Shown here piece by piece: positions 14,200 to 23,983 of a DNA stretch of 64,000 nt. The position numbers were made by a program, and so were the translations under genes. The DNA comes from a virus (Duplodnaviria; Caudoviricetes). Under the pieces are notes generated by a model. It was not told where the DNA came from and ran no database searches. It saw nothing but the letters and a program-made list of their open reading frames with translations. Location of the stretch: IMG/VR virus record IMGVR_UViG_3300020042_012633, positions 1 to 64,000 of that record. One strand, written 5' to 3'. Numbering within the stretch: position 1 is the first letter of the stretch; the number at the start of each line of letters is the position of its first letter.

Positions 14200-15834
14200 T
14201 TATTGTATTTTTAAGATTACTTTAGTTCCGTCTTGCTTAACTGCTTCTGCTAGTTTAAAATAAATTAACCCTGCTGTGTTTGTTATTGGAGTTTTTGTAT
14301 TAAATATTAATTTATAAGGAGTTCCAGTTTTAATTGCTGTTAGTCCTGTTGAATCTAAACTACCAATGTAAAGAGTATTGCCTCTTGGAGTAGCAAAGTT
14401 TGTTGCTTGATTACCTGTATCAAACTTTACTGAATCGAATTCAAGTACTGATTGGTCATATTGTATGTTGAATTGGATACCTGCTAGTTGTTCCATTGTT
14501 AAATTAGTTGTCAACACTACTTTACCATCTACTAATGAAGTTGATACTTCTAAGTTATAGGTTTCAGCATTTGCAGCTATCTTAGCTTTAGAAGCAATCG
14601 TTCTCATAGCAGATGAATTATAGTTTGTTGATCCTTGTGCTGTAGGAACGTATGAGTGTGAAAAATCTACGTCTCCTTGAAATCCATGTACAAAGTCAAA
14701 TACTTTTTCTGCATCTGTTGGTCTGATGTATTGATTCTGTCCGAAGTAGTACTGGTCTGTTGATGCTCCGTAATTCTCTATTCTACCCCAAACATTTTTA
14801 CCACCATTAGCAGATGAAGTAAACCAACCACTTGTATTAGTTCCTGTGATATGATTTAACATTACATATGAATCATCAAAATCAACAACACCATCATTTG
14901 TAACCTCTCCTAAGAGATACTGAATTTGATAACTAAAAATATTGGCAATATCTTCAGGACCTGTTGTAGAAGCTCCAATGGCTTGTTTAAAGTTTAAAAA
15001 TGCATCCGATACTGTTACTACATCATTTAACCAACTCCATGCTATGTTATTATCAACCTCAACATAAACGTGATAATCAACATCATTTACTAATCCTGGT
15101 ACAGCTGCAGTTCCTGTTGAATCAAAATATCCTTGAGCTACTGTTTGTTGTGTTCCAGTATGTTCTATTCTATATGTGTAATATGCTTTATTTGGAACGG
15201 GTGTATATAATCTAAGGAAAACAGTACCAGCATCTCCTCCTTTTACAGGTGATAATGCAAGAGTTTGATTTTGAGCTACAACATCATAAATGGTTGTTGG
15301 GGATTGTTTTTGAAACTTTGCCCAGTTTAACATAGTTACTTTACTGTAGTCTGTATATCCATAAGGAAATTTATCTTTAATTCTAAATCTTACATAAATC
15401 CAAGGTGTTGAAGACGGAAGTGTTTTAGTAGATTGAATTGTAATTCTTTCTACTGACCAATCTGGATTAGATGGATATGATCCATTTGCTCCAGTATTCC
15501 AAGTGTGCTGTTTAGTTAAGTTATCAATACCATATCTTGTATCAGGATTGAACTTGTAACCATCCCAGTGATTTAATGTAGTTTGTATACCTGTTATCTG
15601 TCCTGTAGGAGTAAAGGTATGGTCTACTTTTTCTAGTAACTTGTTATTGTATTGGTAATCAAATTGAACTAAGTTGGGAGTGGCTGATTGATAGATCCCC
15701 TCAAACTTAATTGTAATAATGTCTCCTACATTAAACCCATTGGTATTAGGGGTTATGCAGCTTTGAGATAGATAGGCGCTTTGTCCAAAGGACATTAAAG
15801 GTAACAGTGCCAGTAGCACTAATAATTTTTTCAT
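14200..15834 (-). CDS. Exported multidomain protein with cohesin-like domains and a dockerin/EF-hand-like motif
   Basis: Signal peptide; VGDIITIKF..VQFDYQYNNKLLE and LAGIQFNIQYDQSVLEFDSV cohesin-like patterns; GEVTNDGVVDFDD Ca-binding loop. Confidence 0.6.
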   Translation of the reverse strand: MKKLLVLLALLPLMSFGQSAYLSQSCITPNTNGFNVGDIITIKFEGIYQSATPNLVQFDYQYNNKLLEKVDHTFTPTGQITGIQTTLNHWDGYKFNPDTRYGIDNLTKQHTWNTGANGSYPSNPDWSVERITIQSTKTLPSSTPWIYVRFRIKDKFPYGYTDYSKVTMLNWAKFQKQSPTTIYDVVAQNQTLALSPVKGGDAGTVFLRLYTPVPNKAYYTYRIEHTGTQQTVAQGYFDSTGTAAVPGLVNDVDYHVYVEVDNNIAWSWLNDVVTVSDAFLNFKQAIGASTTGPEDIANIFSYQIQYLLGEVTNDGVVDFDDSYVMLNHITGTNTSGWFTSSANGGKNVWGRIENYGASTDQYYFGQNQYIRPTDAEKVFDFVHGFQGDVDFSHSYVPTAQGSTNYNSSAMRTIASKAKIAANAETYNLEVSTSLVDGKVVLTTNLTMEQLAGIQFNIQYDQSVLEFDSVKFDTGNQATNFATPRGNTLYIGSLDSTGLTAIKTGTPYKLIFNTKTPITNTAGLIYFKLAEAVKQDGTKVILKIQ

Positions 15835-16304
15835 AGTTTTAGTTTTTCAATTAATTGTTCACACAACTTTTTAAGTGCTGATGAAACGTTTGTTTGAGAA
15901 AACTTGCCTCCTGAATCTATAATCAATGTTGCTGTTGAAATAGATTTTGCTTGGCCTTTTACTACAACTGTTTTTAATTCCTTCCCGTCTAATAACAGTT
16001 TACCTTGTGCAATTATTTCAGTTACTTCTACAGTATTACCGTAGACTGCTAATTGCATGCTTGTACTCTTTACATCAAAGTAGAGAATATCTATCGTTAA
16101 AATTTTTTGTGATTGTGGGTCCAAATCGTACCCTTTTTCTTGAATTACTTCTTCAAGAATGTTTTTGATACCGAAGGCTAGGTCTCTATTACCTGCCAGC
16201 GGTCCCATTACAATATTATTTTTAATATCACCTATTTTTATAGACTGTTGTGCAGAAACACTTATTCCAAATAGGAGAGATATTAACATAAAAAAAAGTT
16301 TCAT
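15831..16304 (-). CDS. Exported protein, probable CsgG-fold paralogue (start revised to MKLFF)
   Basis: Signal peptide ..VSA-QQ; C-terminus KGQAKSIST..KFSQTNVSSALKK aligns by eye with GLGKSITT..KFNQSSIGTATKK of 12748..13467. Confidence 0.6.
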   Translation of the reverse strand: MKLFFMLISLLFGISVSAQQSIKIGDIKNNIVMGPLAGNRDLAFGIKNILEEVIQEKGYDLDPQSQKILTIDILYFDVKSTSMQLAVYGNTVEVTEIIAQGKLLLDGKELKTVVVKGQAKSISTATLIIDSGGKFSQTNVSSALKKLCEQLIEKLKL

Positions 16305-16363
16305 ATCTACTATATAAAGGTTAAAAAACATTTATAAAACAGTTAATATAAAACTTCTTTAAA

Positions 16364-16370
16364 ATAAATA
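16364..16370 (-). promoter_or_regulatory. Second-class (phage late-type) promoter motif heading the exported-protein operon
   Basis: CCTATTTATT on the coding strand, same motif as before structural genes. Confidence 0.55.
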
Positions 16371-16378
16371 GGAGGTAC

Positions 16379-16834
16379 TTACAATAACTCCTCCTCGATG
16401 CGATTACCTGCAACTGCTATCTCATGCCAGTAGACTCGTCCGTCTTCAATTGCAGTCTTTATATTTCTTTGCTTGCCCATTAGTGTTGAGTTTCCAGACT
16501 TTACTTCTATAAAGTGTACCTCACACTTGTTCTTGCTATCTGTATGTGTGAACCCCACATAATCAATTGGCATCCCTAGAAACACTACATCCTCAGGTGG
16601 TACTGGGAAGTTGCTCATGAAGGGAACAAAATGCTCAATAGTCTTACCCCAATTTACTGCTGAGGATCTGAATGTTGAATCTTTCTTTACTTTTGCTTTC
16701 TCCACTATGTGGGAAGCATCTTTTTCAGCTAGTTCTATTTTTAGTTTAATTATTTCTCCTTTGAGATGATTTCCTTGAATAACTATTATAAATCCTAGTG
16801 CGATGCAGGTTACTGCCAGTATAAATGTTACCAT
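16379..16834 (-). CDS. Endonuclease related to archaeal-type Holliday junction resolvase, N-terminal membrane anchor
   Basis: GKTIEHFVPF..FLGMPIDYVGF..FIEVKSG..L..KQ PD-(D/E)xK pattern; start revised to avoid nrdA overlap. Confidence 0.8.
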   Translation of the reverse strand: MVTFILAVTCIALGFIIVIQGNHLKGEIIKLKIELAEKDASHIVEKAKVKKDSTFRSSAVNWGKTIEHFVPFMSNFPVPPEDVVFLGMPIDYVGFTHTDSKNKCEVHFIEVKSGNSTLMGKQRNIKTAIEDGRVYWHEIAVAGNRIEEELL

Positions 16835-16845
16835 GTTTTTAGTTC

Positions 16846-18555
16846 TTATCCGTCGCAGCTTAGACAATCCTCAGAAGTTCTACTTCCGATGTCCCCATTA
16901 ATTACAGAATCTGTTCTTAAATAATATAACGTTTTTAGGCCAAGCTTCCAAGCTGTCTGGTGAACAAGGTTTATAAATTTAGGACTATCTCCCGGATCGA
17001 ATGCTAAGTTTAATGATTGAGCTTGATCAACATACTTCTGTCTTACTGAAGCTTGTTCTACTAAAGCCAGTTGGTTTATTTCTGCAAATGTTAAGAATAC
17101 TTCTTTATCTTCAAACGGCATAATGTCTTCAGGTAGGTTTGCAATTGATCCTCTGTCTTTGAGAATTTGTTGCCATACCTCTTCTGTATTATGTCCTTTA
17201 TCTTCTAAATACTTTTCTAGTACTGGATTCTTTCTGATGAAAGTTCCTTTAGATGAATTGAAAGTATATACGTTAGCTGGGATTGGTTCAATACCTGCTG
17301 ATACTCCTCCTGAAATTGTTGAATTAGAAACTGTAGGTGCTATTGCAATAAGGTGAGTGTTTCTCATTCCTGTTCCCTTACACCAAACTGGTTCTCCATA
17401 TTCCTCAGCTAATTTTCTTGAAGCTGCTTCTGCTTGTGATTTAATTTGAGAGAATATTTTATTTGTCCAAGAAGTTGATGCAATTGAATTGAATGGTAGT
17501 CCTTTTGATTGTAAGAATGAATGCCATCCTAAAACTCCTAATCCTAATGCTCTTCCTTTTTTAGCAGAACGGTGAGATCTAATCATAGACTCTTTTCCGT
17601 TTGTTTTAATTAAGAATTCTTCTAATACCCCATCTAAGAAGTAGATTGCTGTCTCAACTAAGTCAGTATCCTTCCACTCCTCGTATCTTGTAATGTTTAA
17701 AGAAGATAAACAGCATACAAATGAATGCTCTTCGTCAGTATGTAGTGCAATCTCTGAACATATGTTAGTCATTGTAACATCTAAGTTATTCTTAACGTAT
17801 GCAGCAGGATTTGCGTTGTTTACATTGTCTTTAAACATGATATACGGTTCTCCTGTCTCTACCCTTGATTTAAGAATTTCAACCCATAGTTCCATTGCTT
17901 CTGGATCTCTATGCTCCAATCTTTTCATAAACTTGTCATCAATGGAAACACATTGGTGTAAGTTCAAACATTGACGGTTTGGATCTCCTTGAGGTCTTCT
18001 AATACGTAAGAATTCTTTTATGTCCCTGTGATTAATATCTAAATTTACAGATGCTGCTCCTCTACGAACTGATCCTTGGTTTGTTGCAATGATAGTTGAA
18101 TCAAAAATTTTAGCCCAAGGCACAATACCTTCTGACTGTCCTGTCTCTCCGTTTCCAATCTTTACTCCTCTTCCTCTTACTCTTCCTAATCCAATTCCAA
18201 CTCCACCTCCTAAAGAAGTAAGTCTCATTAGTTCTGCATTTGTTAATCCAATTCCTCTAATAGAGTCTGGGGTGTCTATTCCGAAACAAGATATTGGAAG
18301 TCCTTTATCTGTTCCTGTATTTGATAGTACGGGTGAAGCTAGGTTTAACCAACCCTTCCACATATACTTAAAAAACTTATTTGCTAGATCTGGTCGATCT
18401 AATCTTTTAGCTACTGCATCAGCAACTCTTCTATATGCTTTCTTTGGATTCTCATCAGGTAATAAATACCCGTTTGAAATTGTAGCCAAAGAAACTTCAT
18501 TCATCCATTCCGGATAATCTACGCCTGGTTTCCAGGCACTGTAATCTACTCCCAT
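16846..18555 (-). CDS. nrdA: Ribonucleotide reductase class Ia alpha subunit (compact, no ATP cone)
   Basis: PISCF, TNICSEI, CCLSSLN, AIAPT, KTLYY, C-terminal CLSCDG. Confidence 0.97.
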   Translation of the reverse strand: MGVDYSAWKPGVDYPEWMNEVSLATISNGYLLPDENPKKAYRRVADAVAKRLDRPDLANKFFKYMWKGWLNLASPVLSNTGTDKGLPISCFGIDTPDSIRGIGLTNAELMRLTSLGGGVGIGLGRVRGRGVKIGNGETGQSEGIVPWAKIFDSTIIATNQGSVRRGAASVNLDINHRDIKEFLRIRRPQGDPNRQCLNLHQCVSIDDKFMKRLEHRDPEAMELWVEILKSRVETGEPYIMFKDNVNNANPAAYVKNNLDVTMTNICSEIALHTDEEHSFVCCLSSLNITRYEEWKDTDLVETAIYFLDGVLEEFLIKTNGKESMIRSHRSAKKGRALGLGVLGWHSFLQSKGLPFNSIASTSWTNKIFSQIKSQAEAASRKLAEEYGEPVWCKGTGMRNTHLIAIAPTVSNSTISGGVSAGIEPIPANVYTFNSSKGTFIRKNPVLEKYLEDKGHNTEEVWQQILKDRGSIANLPEDIMPFEDKEVFLTFAEINQLALVEQASVRQKYVDQAQSLNLAFDPGDSPKFINLVHQTAWKLGLKTLYYLRTDSVINGDIGSRTSEDCLSCDG

Positions 18556-18564
18556 AAAATTAAA

Positions 18565-19542
18565 TTAAAATGCGTTGTCCCAATCCATATGCCCTTTGGC
18601 ATAATTTGTTACTCTTGATGCGAAGAAATCTGTATGCTGTTTTCCTGCTACTACAGCATCAAACCATAACATTTGTTTCAAAGCTCCTTTATCGATTTGA
18701 TCTGAAGGTATTAATGGTTTCAATCCTAAATCTCCCATCTTAGTGTTTACTCTGTGTTTGATAAAGTTTTTCAACTCGTCTTTGGTTAAGTTTTCCAAAT
18801 CCCCCATTTCAAATATCTTATCGATAAAATTGAATTCTAGTTGAAGAGCAAGGGTTGCTGCTTCTCTAATATCGTTGATAAGTCTTTCTGTTTTTAATTC
18901 TGGGTATTCTTTCATTAGTGTTCTGAATAACCAGCATCCTGCTTCTGAGTGAAGTGATTCATCTCTTACAGACCATTCAACTATTTGTCCTACTCCTTTT
19001 AGTTTGTTTCTCATTTTAAATGAAAGTAGTACTGCAAAAGAAGAGAATAGATTTACTCCTTCAGTAAAGGCTGAAAATATTGCTAGAGATCTAGCTGCTT
19101 CATGCCAGTCTGTTTCTCCGTTATTTCCATCTCTAACATCCATTAAAGATTGAATTTTAGCTGCAGTTGATTCATCTTCTAGGAATTCTGCAAAATTATC
19201 CAATCCTAACTGCTCATTTAGTAGAGCATATGCCTCAGCATGAATTGTTTCAAAGGCTCCAAAGGTAACTGCCATCATAATAACCTCAGGTTTTCTAAAC
19301 CATTTTGTTACTAAAGATGTCCAGTAATCATTTACAACTGTTTCTGTTTGAGCAAATCCTTTTAGGATTCCTCCTATAACATTTTTTTCGTGTGGTTTAA
19401 GATTTGAGTTCCAATCTGTTACGTCTTGAGACATTGGAACTTCTGTATGTAACCAGTGAGCCTGGTGCGCTTTGAGCCAGTAATCGTGGGCTTGTGGATA
19501 TTCAAAGGGCTTGTAAACTATGCGTTCGTCTTTTAGACTCAT
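18565..19542 (-). CDS. nrdB: Ribonucleotide reductase class Ia beta subunit
   Basis: FAQTE, ETIHAEAY (radical Tyr), EGVNLFSSF, RDESLH; HTDFFA near C-terminus. Confidence 0.97.
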   Translation of the reverse strand: MSLKDERIVYKPFEYPQAHDYWLKAHQAHWLHTEVPMSQDVTDWNSNLKPHEKNVIGGILKGFAQTETVVNDYWTSLVTKWFRKPEVIMMAVTFGAFETIHAEAYALLNEQLGLDNFAEFLEDESTAAKIQSLMDVRDGNNGETDWHEAARSLAIFSAFTEGVNLFSSFAVLLSFKMRNKLKGVGQIVEWSVRDESLHSEAGCWLFRTLMKEYPELKTERLINDIREAATLALQLEFNFIDKIFEMGDLENLTKDELKNFIKHRVNTKMGDLGLKPLIPSDQIDKGALKQMLWFDAVVAGKQHTDFFASRVTNYAKGHMDWDNAF

Positions 19543-19595
19543 ATTTGTTTTTTTAATATTATTTTGTAATTAAGACTGTAAGAATAAATAGCATT

Positions 19596-20948
19596 TTAGA
19601 ATGGAACTTGATTCTCCAATTCAAAGAACTTATTCGCGATTTCTTTAAAATTTCCTCTAGGTCTATCTCCTGATTCAAGTGGTGCCATGTTTCCTAGAAT
19701 CTCTATGTGTCCGTTGTTTGTATCTACTTTTGCATCCCAAGTCATACCGTCCATTCCGTATCTATTTTTCATAACGTGGATACGTCCTGTTCCTAATACC
19801 TTATCTTCTTTCATTCTTGATAAAGATAAACATACATCCGCCACCATCATCTTGTCATAAGACCCTGCTGCTTTATCTCCTTCGATAACTGAATCCTTTG
19901 CTCCCATTCTATTAACTTGAGATGGGGTAAGAATAGGTATCTGTAGTTCCTTAGCCAATCCTTTTGTTGCAATGAATACATCATCGATTTCATCTTTTCT
20001 TTCTGTGAAACGAGATTTTGAAGGTGCTTTCAAGTAATCGACATAATCAATAATAATCATATCTGGTTTATGATCCATATCGATACATTTCTGGATGTGT
20101 GCTTTGATTGTGTTTATTGAAGCTCCTTTTGGTGGATATTCTTTTACGATTAGTTTTCCTTTAAGTTTACCTACAATTTTTTCTACTTCTGCTCTATGTT
20201 TGTTTACTTCTTCAATTCCGTAACCTGTTAGGTAACAGTCAAATCGTTTTCCTACATAATCTTCTCCAAGTTCTAAAGTATAGAAGTTTACATTGTATCC
20301 CATTAACACTGCATGTGCTGCTGCAGCTACCATTGTCCATGACTTTCCTCCTCCAGGATTTCCAAACATGATAATCAAATCACCAGGACCAAATCCTCCA
20401 CCAATTGTTTCATTAAGTATTGGCCAAGGTGTTGGTATAGTAGGTCTGTAGTTTTCTCTGTAACGACTCTCTACATCTTTATTATATTCATGACCCATAT
20501 TTTTATCCATACCAGCTCTCATGGCTTTTTCAATCACTCCTCTGATTCCATCAAAGTCTCCTTGGTTTAGAAGATCTGCTGAGTTGAGTAGTGCTGCTTT
20601 GAGTTCTTGGTTTTTGGCGAACGTGGTAAATTCTTCTACTACGTATGCTAAATCATCTTGAGTTGCTTCGTAGCAGTTTCTTAATTCTGCTTTGACTGCT
20701 ACTTGTAGAATATCATTTTCTACTTTTTGTAGTTCAATCTTTAATGCTTCTAAAGAGATTGTAGTGTGATACTTGTCATAGTACTTGATTGTAGTTTCTA
20801 GAATCCATTTATGGGCATCTGAATCGAAGTAGTCTGGTTGTAGTAGTTCTCTTGTGTTGAGTAGGAACTTCTTGTCTGTTAGGAGTGCTCCTAGCACTTT
20901 CAATTGAAAGCCTTTCCCGTAGGAAGATAGTTTTGCTAATGATGTCAT
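19596..20948 (-). CDS. DnaB-like replicative helicase (T4 gp41-like)
   Basis: Walker A GNPGGGKS, TLEL, IIIDYVDYL, TPSQVNR, KNRYG. Confidence 0.93.
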   Translation of the reverse strand: MTSLAKLSSYGKGFQLKVLGALLTDKKFLLNTRELLQPDYFDSDAHKWILETTIKYYDKYHTTISLEALKIELQKVENDILQVAVKAELRNCYEATQDDLAYVVEEFTTFAKNQELKAALLNSADLLNQGDFDGIRGVIEKAMRAGMDKNMGHEYNKDVESRYRENYRPTIPTPWPILNETIGGGFGPGDLIIMFGNPGGGKSWTMVAAAAHAVLMGYNVNFYTLELGEDYVGKRFDCYLTGYGIEEVNKHRAEVEKIVGKLKGKLIVKEYPPKGASINTIKAHIQKCIDMDHKPDMIIIDYVDYLKAPSKSRFTERKDEIDDVFIATKGLAKELQIPILTPSQVNRMGAKDSVIEGDKAAGSYDKMMVADVCLSLSRMKEDKVLGTGRIHVMKNRYGMDGMTWDAKVDTNNGHIEILGNMAPLESGDRPRGNFKEIANKFFELENQVPF

Positions 20949-20968
20949 GTAACTTATTTTATTATAAC

Positions 20969-22000
20969 TTATTTTTTATATGTTGAAAGCGGTCTGAATA
21001 ATTCTAACCATCCTTCAACGTTTTTGTTTAGAGCTTCGATTTGATCTGACTCTAACATGCTTAAAAAAGTAACTACCTGTAGATTTGGTATTGACTCCTT
21101 TATCTTCTCTAATATATGAAAAATTTCGTAATCTCCCAAGCGAGGCTCGGATAAATTCATCAATTCCCAATTAGTTTTTACTTTATCCCAATCATAGATA
21201 ATACTTGCAAATATCTTCTTTGGTTTCTTTTCTTGCAACTTTTGTTCACAAATATCATAAATATCTTGCAACTGGAATGATGAATCTTTTATCAATCCTG
21301 GAAATTCCTTCAGTAATGTTTTAGGTCCTAGTGATTTAACTCCTGAAAGGTTGTCTGAGTTATCACCCAGTAGTGCTTTCATTATTAAATAATTCTCAGG
21401 AATTAACCCTATTTCTTCTTGAATATCTTTTTTTTGATAGGTTTTTTTCTTAATAGGAGAATAAACTTCTATATTTTCGTCTACTATCTGTAAAAAATCT
21501 TTATCGGAAGAAGTGATTGTTACTTTCTTTCCATTAGCTGCAAACTTCTGAGCTAGATATGAAATAGTATCATCTGCTTCTATTTTATCTATTGAAATTA
21601 AAGTGATTGGTAAACATTGTAAGTATTCAACCAATCTATGCATTTGCATTGTCATGGAAGCAAACTCATCGTCTTTATCATCGAACAATTCCCAATTGGT
21701 AATCCTCTTTATGTTTCTAGTTGCTTTGTATTCTGGATTGATGCTTTTTCTACTTGAAGAAGAAGCCTGTCCATCGAATACACAAATGATTCTAGTAGGA
21801 TCAATTGTTCTCATTAAGAACCCCAAGGACCTTAAGAAGCCAACGAGACCACCTGTGTGGTGGCCTTGTGGATTCATAGATTGTAACATTGCGAACGACC
21901 TTATAAAGGTATTCATGCTGTCCACAATCAAAACATGGTCGTTAAGTTTCCTGTCTGGCTTTTGTTCGATTTTATTTAGGATATCTAAATAATTACTCAT
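20969..22000 (-). CDS. 5'-3' exonuclease / flap endonuclease (T4 RNase H, PolI N-terminal-like)
   Basis: VDSMN, FDG, EADD, SSDKD, GDNSDNL..G.GPKT. Confidence 0.93.
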   Translation of the reverse strand: MSNYLDILNKIEQKPDRKLNDHVLIVDSMNTFIRSFAMLQSMNPQGHHTGGLVGFLRSLGFLMRTIDPTRIICVFDGQASSSSRKSINPEYKATRNIKRITNWELFDDKDDEFASMTMQMHRLVEYLQCLPITLISIDKIEADDTISYLAQKFAANGKKVTITSSDKDFLQIVDENIEVYSPIKKKTYQKKDIQEEIGLIPENYLIMKALLGDNSDNLSGVKSLGPKTLLKEFPGLIKDSSFQLQDIYDICEQKLQEKKPKKIFASIIYDWDKVKTNWELMNLSEPRLGDYEIFHILEKIKESIPNLQVVTFLSMLESDQIEALNKNVEGWLELFRPLSTYKK

Positions 22001-23069
22001 CGAGTGCTTCTAGGTTGGTTGTATCCTCTTCTACATCTGCCTCTACCATTACTGTGAAGTCTGTAGATCCTAAAGTGTTAGCCCAAGATCCTTTATGAGT
22101 ATCTTTATAGGTATCGATTGCTTTCTTATCGTCTGCAATAAATCCATGACTGGTCATAATAATTGCTCCTCTTGATTGGATACCGTCAATGTGATTCTTT
22201 TCTATCTGAACTTTGGTTCTTTTAGCAAATTCAAACTCTTTTCCTTTTGCAACGGCTTTTATCTTACTTGTTCCTGAGTTTGTGATGTTTCCAAAAGTAA
22301 CAATTACTGTTGAGTCATACCACATTGTTTTTCCTCCTTTATTTTCCAATCGAGGTTGTCCCATTGGATGTTCAGGTTTTGCAGTCCAAACTTTATTGAT
22401 TGCTACTAAAGTATTTGTATACTTGCTTGCTTCCTTTCTTGATAACATAATTTTTTGGTTTACGTTATTTCCGAATTGAGTTGACATTGCTCCTGCATTC
22501 CATTCGTTGTTGTTCTTATTTGATCTTACAGATAAGTCACATGGAACTGATCCAACTGAATCCCAGAAGAAACATAAATCATAAGGAAGATTTCCTTTCT
22601 TTTGTTCATCGATTAAGTCTAGGATGTAAACTGCTACGTCTTCTATGGTGTTTAGAGTTCCTCTATCTGCATATAAGAAAAATCCTTTATAGTCAGTTAT
22701 TTCTCCTGTGTCTTCATCAACTACTTCTTGAACCTCAAGACCCATCATTTGAGCATGTGGCCAAGACCATTTCATCTCAGTAATAATGAATACTGGGAGA
22801 ATTTGTCTTTTTTGTGCTTGAACTGCTGCCTCTAATAGTAAGGTTGTCTTTCCTGTATCGGAATGCCCTCTTAATAGAGTAATATGTCCCATAGGAATTC
22901 CTTTGAGAGAAGTTACTTCTGAGAAAGCATCTGAAACTTTAATCCAATCTTGGCTCTTAAACTTTACTGAAGTATTTGAGAACCCTTTGTTCTTTTTAAA
23001 GTTGTCCAAACTAAAACCGCCTTTGATTATATCGCTAGCGGTTTTTGTTGTTGTTTTTTTGATTGCCAT
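21993..23069 (-). CDS. recA: RecA/UvsX-like recombinase
   Basis: GIPMGHITLLRGHSDTGKT Walker A, FFWDSVGS Walker B, KGGKTM. Confidence 0.9.
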   Translation of the reverse strand: MAIKKTTTKTASDIIKGGFSLDNFKKNKGFSNTSVKFKSQDWIKVSDAFSEVTSLKGIPMGHITLLRGHSDTGKTTLLLEAAVQAQKRQILPVFIITEMKWSWPHAQMMGLEVQEVVDEDTGEITDYKGFFLYADRGTLNTIEDVAVYILDLIDEQKKGNLPYDLCFFWDSVGSVPCDLSVRSNKNNNEWNAGAMSTQFGNNVNQKIMLSRKEASKYTNTLVAINKVWTAKPEHPMGQPRLENKGGKTMWYDSTVIVTFGNITNSGTSKIKAVAKGKEFEFAKRTKVQIEKNHIDGIQSRGAIIMTSHGFIADDKKAIDTYKDTHKGSWANTLGSTDFTVMVEADVEEDTTNLEALDE

Positions 23070-23071
23070 TC

Positions 23072-23908
23072 TTAATTGAATAAATCATCGAATTTGCTTA
23101 CTGTACTTTTGTTTCCTGCTGTGGCAGTCTCTAGGGTGAAGTCTGTTTTGTTACTTCCTAAAGCTGATTCCAATGCTGTTGGAGCTTCTACTGCTGGTGC
23201 AATTGATTCCGTTGGAGTTGCAGGTGGAGTAGTTTCTTCTTCTCCTGGGTTTAAGTACTCTTGTAATTTCTTCTTGATAAATTCATAGTCGTACTGAGTT
23301 TGTACTTCTAATGCGTTTGGTTGATCCTTTAACCAAGAGTTTACTTTACTATCATCATCTGATAATGTTGTTTGCTTTGGTTTAATACGAACCGTGGTGC
23401 TTGGGAACTGACCTGGTCCTGCAGCTGGTGTATTTTCTACAACCATATCCCATCCGCTCATTACGTCTGTAAAATCTCCAATGTCTTCATCCTCTGCTAA
23501 AGCAAGTAATGCTTTGTAGATGTTCACACCGAATGACCAAAGACGAACTCCTTTTTCTTCTTCTCCTCTTACAACAACAGGAGCAAAGAATCTAGATTTA
23601 GGAGATAACTTTCCAGACAAAGACCAATTATCTTTATCGGATGTTTTTCTCAATTCTTTTACGAATTCTTCAATTGGATCTTGTTTTCCGTAATTGGAAA
23701 GGGACATCATAGGAAATTTGCCTATGTTGTAATGTAGTTTCAACTCTGTGAAAGGATCCGAAGCATTGAATGCTGAAGGAACAATTCGAATTGTTGATTT
23801 ACCATTTGCCGGTCTCCAATAGATCTTCTCAAAGTCTACTTTCTCACGGTCTTGATTTCCACCACTGTTAAGAGCGGCTAACTTGCTTTTGATAGCATTT
23901 AAGTCCAT
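23072..23908 (-). CDS. Single-stranded DNA-binding protein (T4 gp32-like)
   Basis: MDLNAIKSKL N-terminus, IRIVP, acidic tail ending FDDLFN; position beside the recombinase. Confidence 0.85.
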   Translation of the reverse strand: MDLNAIKSKLAALNSGGNQDREKVDFEKIYWRPANGKSTIRIVPSAFNASDPFTELKLHYNIGKFPMMSLSNYGKQDPIEEFVKELRKTSDKDNWSLSGKLSPKSRFFAPVVVRGEEEKGVRLWSFGVNIYKALLALAEDEDIGDFTDVMSGWDMVVENTPAAGPGQFPSTTVRIKPKQTTLSDDDSKVNSWLKDQPNALEVQTQYDYEFIKKKLQEYLNPGEEETTPPATPTESIAPAVEAPTALESALGSNKTDFTLETATAGNKSTVSKFDDLFN

Positions 23909-23941
23909 AATGTAACTGATTTAATTAAAACTTTTATTTAT

Positions 23942-23972
23942 ATAATATACGAAATATTCTTGAGTAAAGCAA
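23942..23972 (-). promoter_or_regulatory. Promoter for the SSB-RecA-exonuclease-helicase operon
   Basis: TTG-N20-TATATTAT. Confidence 0.75.
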
Positions 23973-23983
23973 CTATTGTTGCG

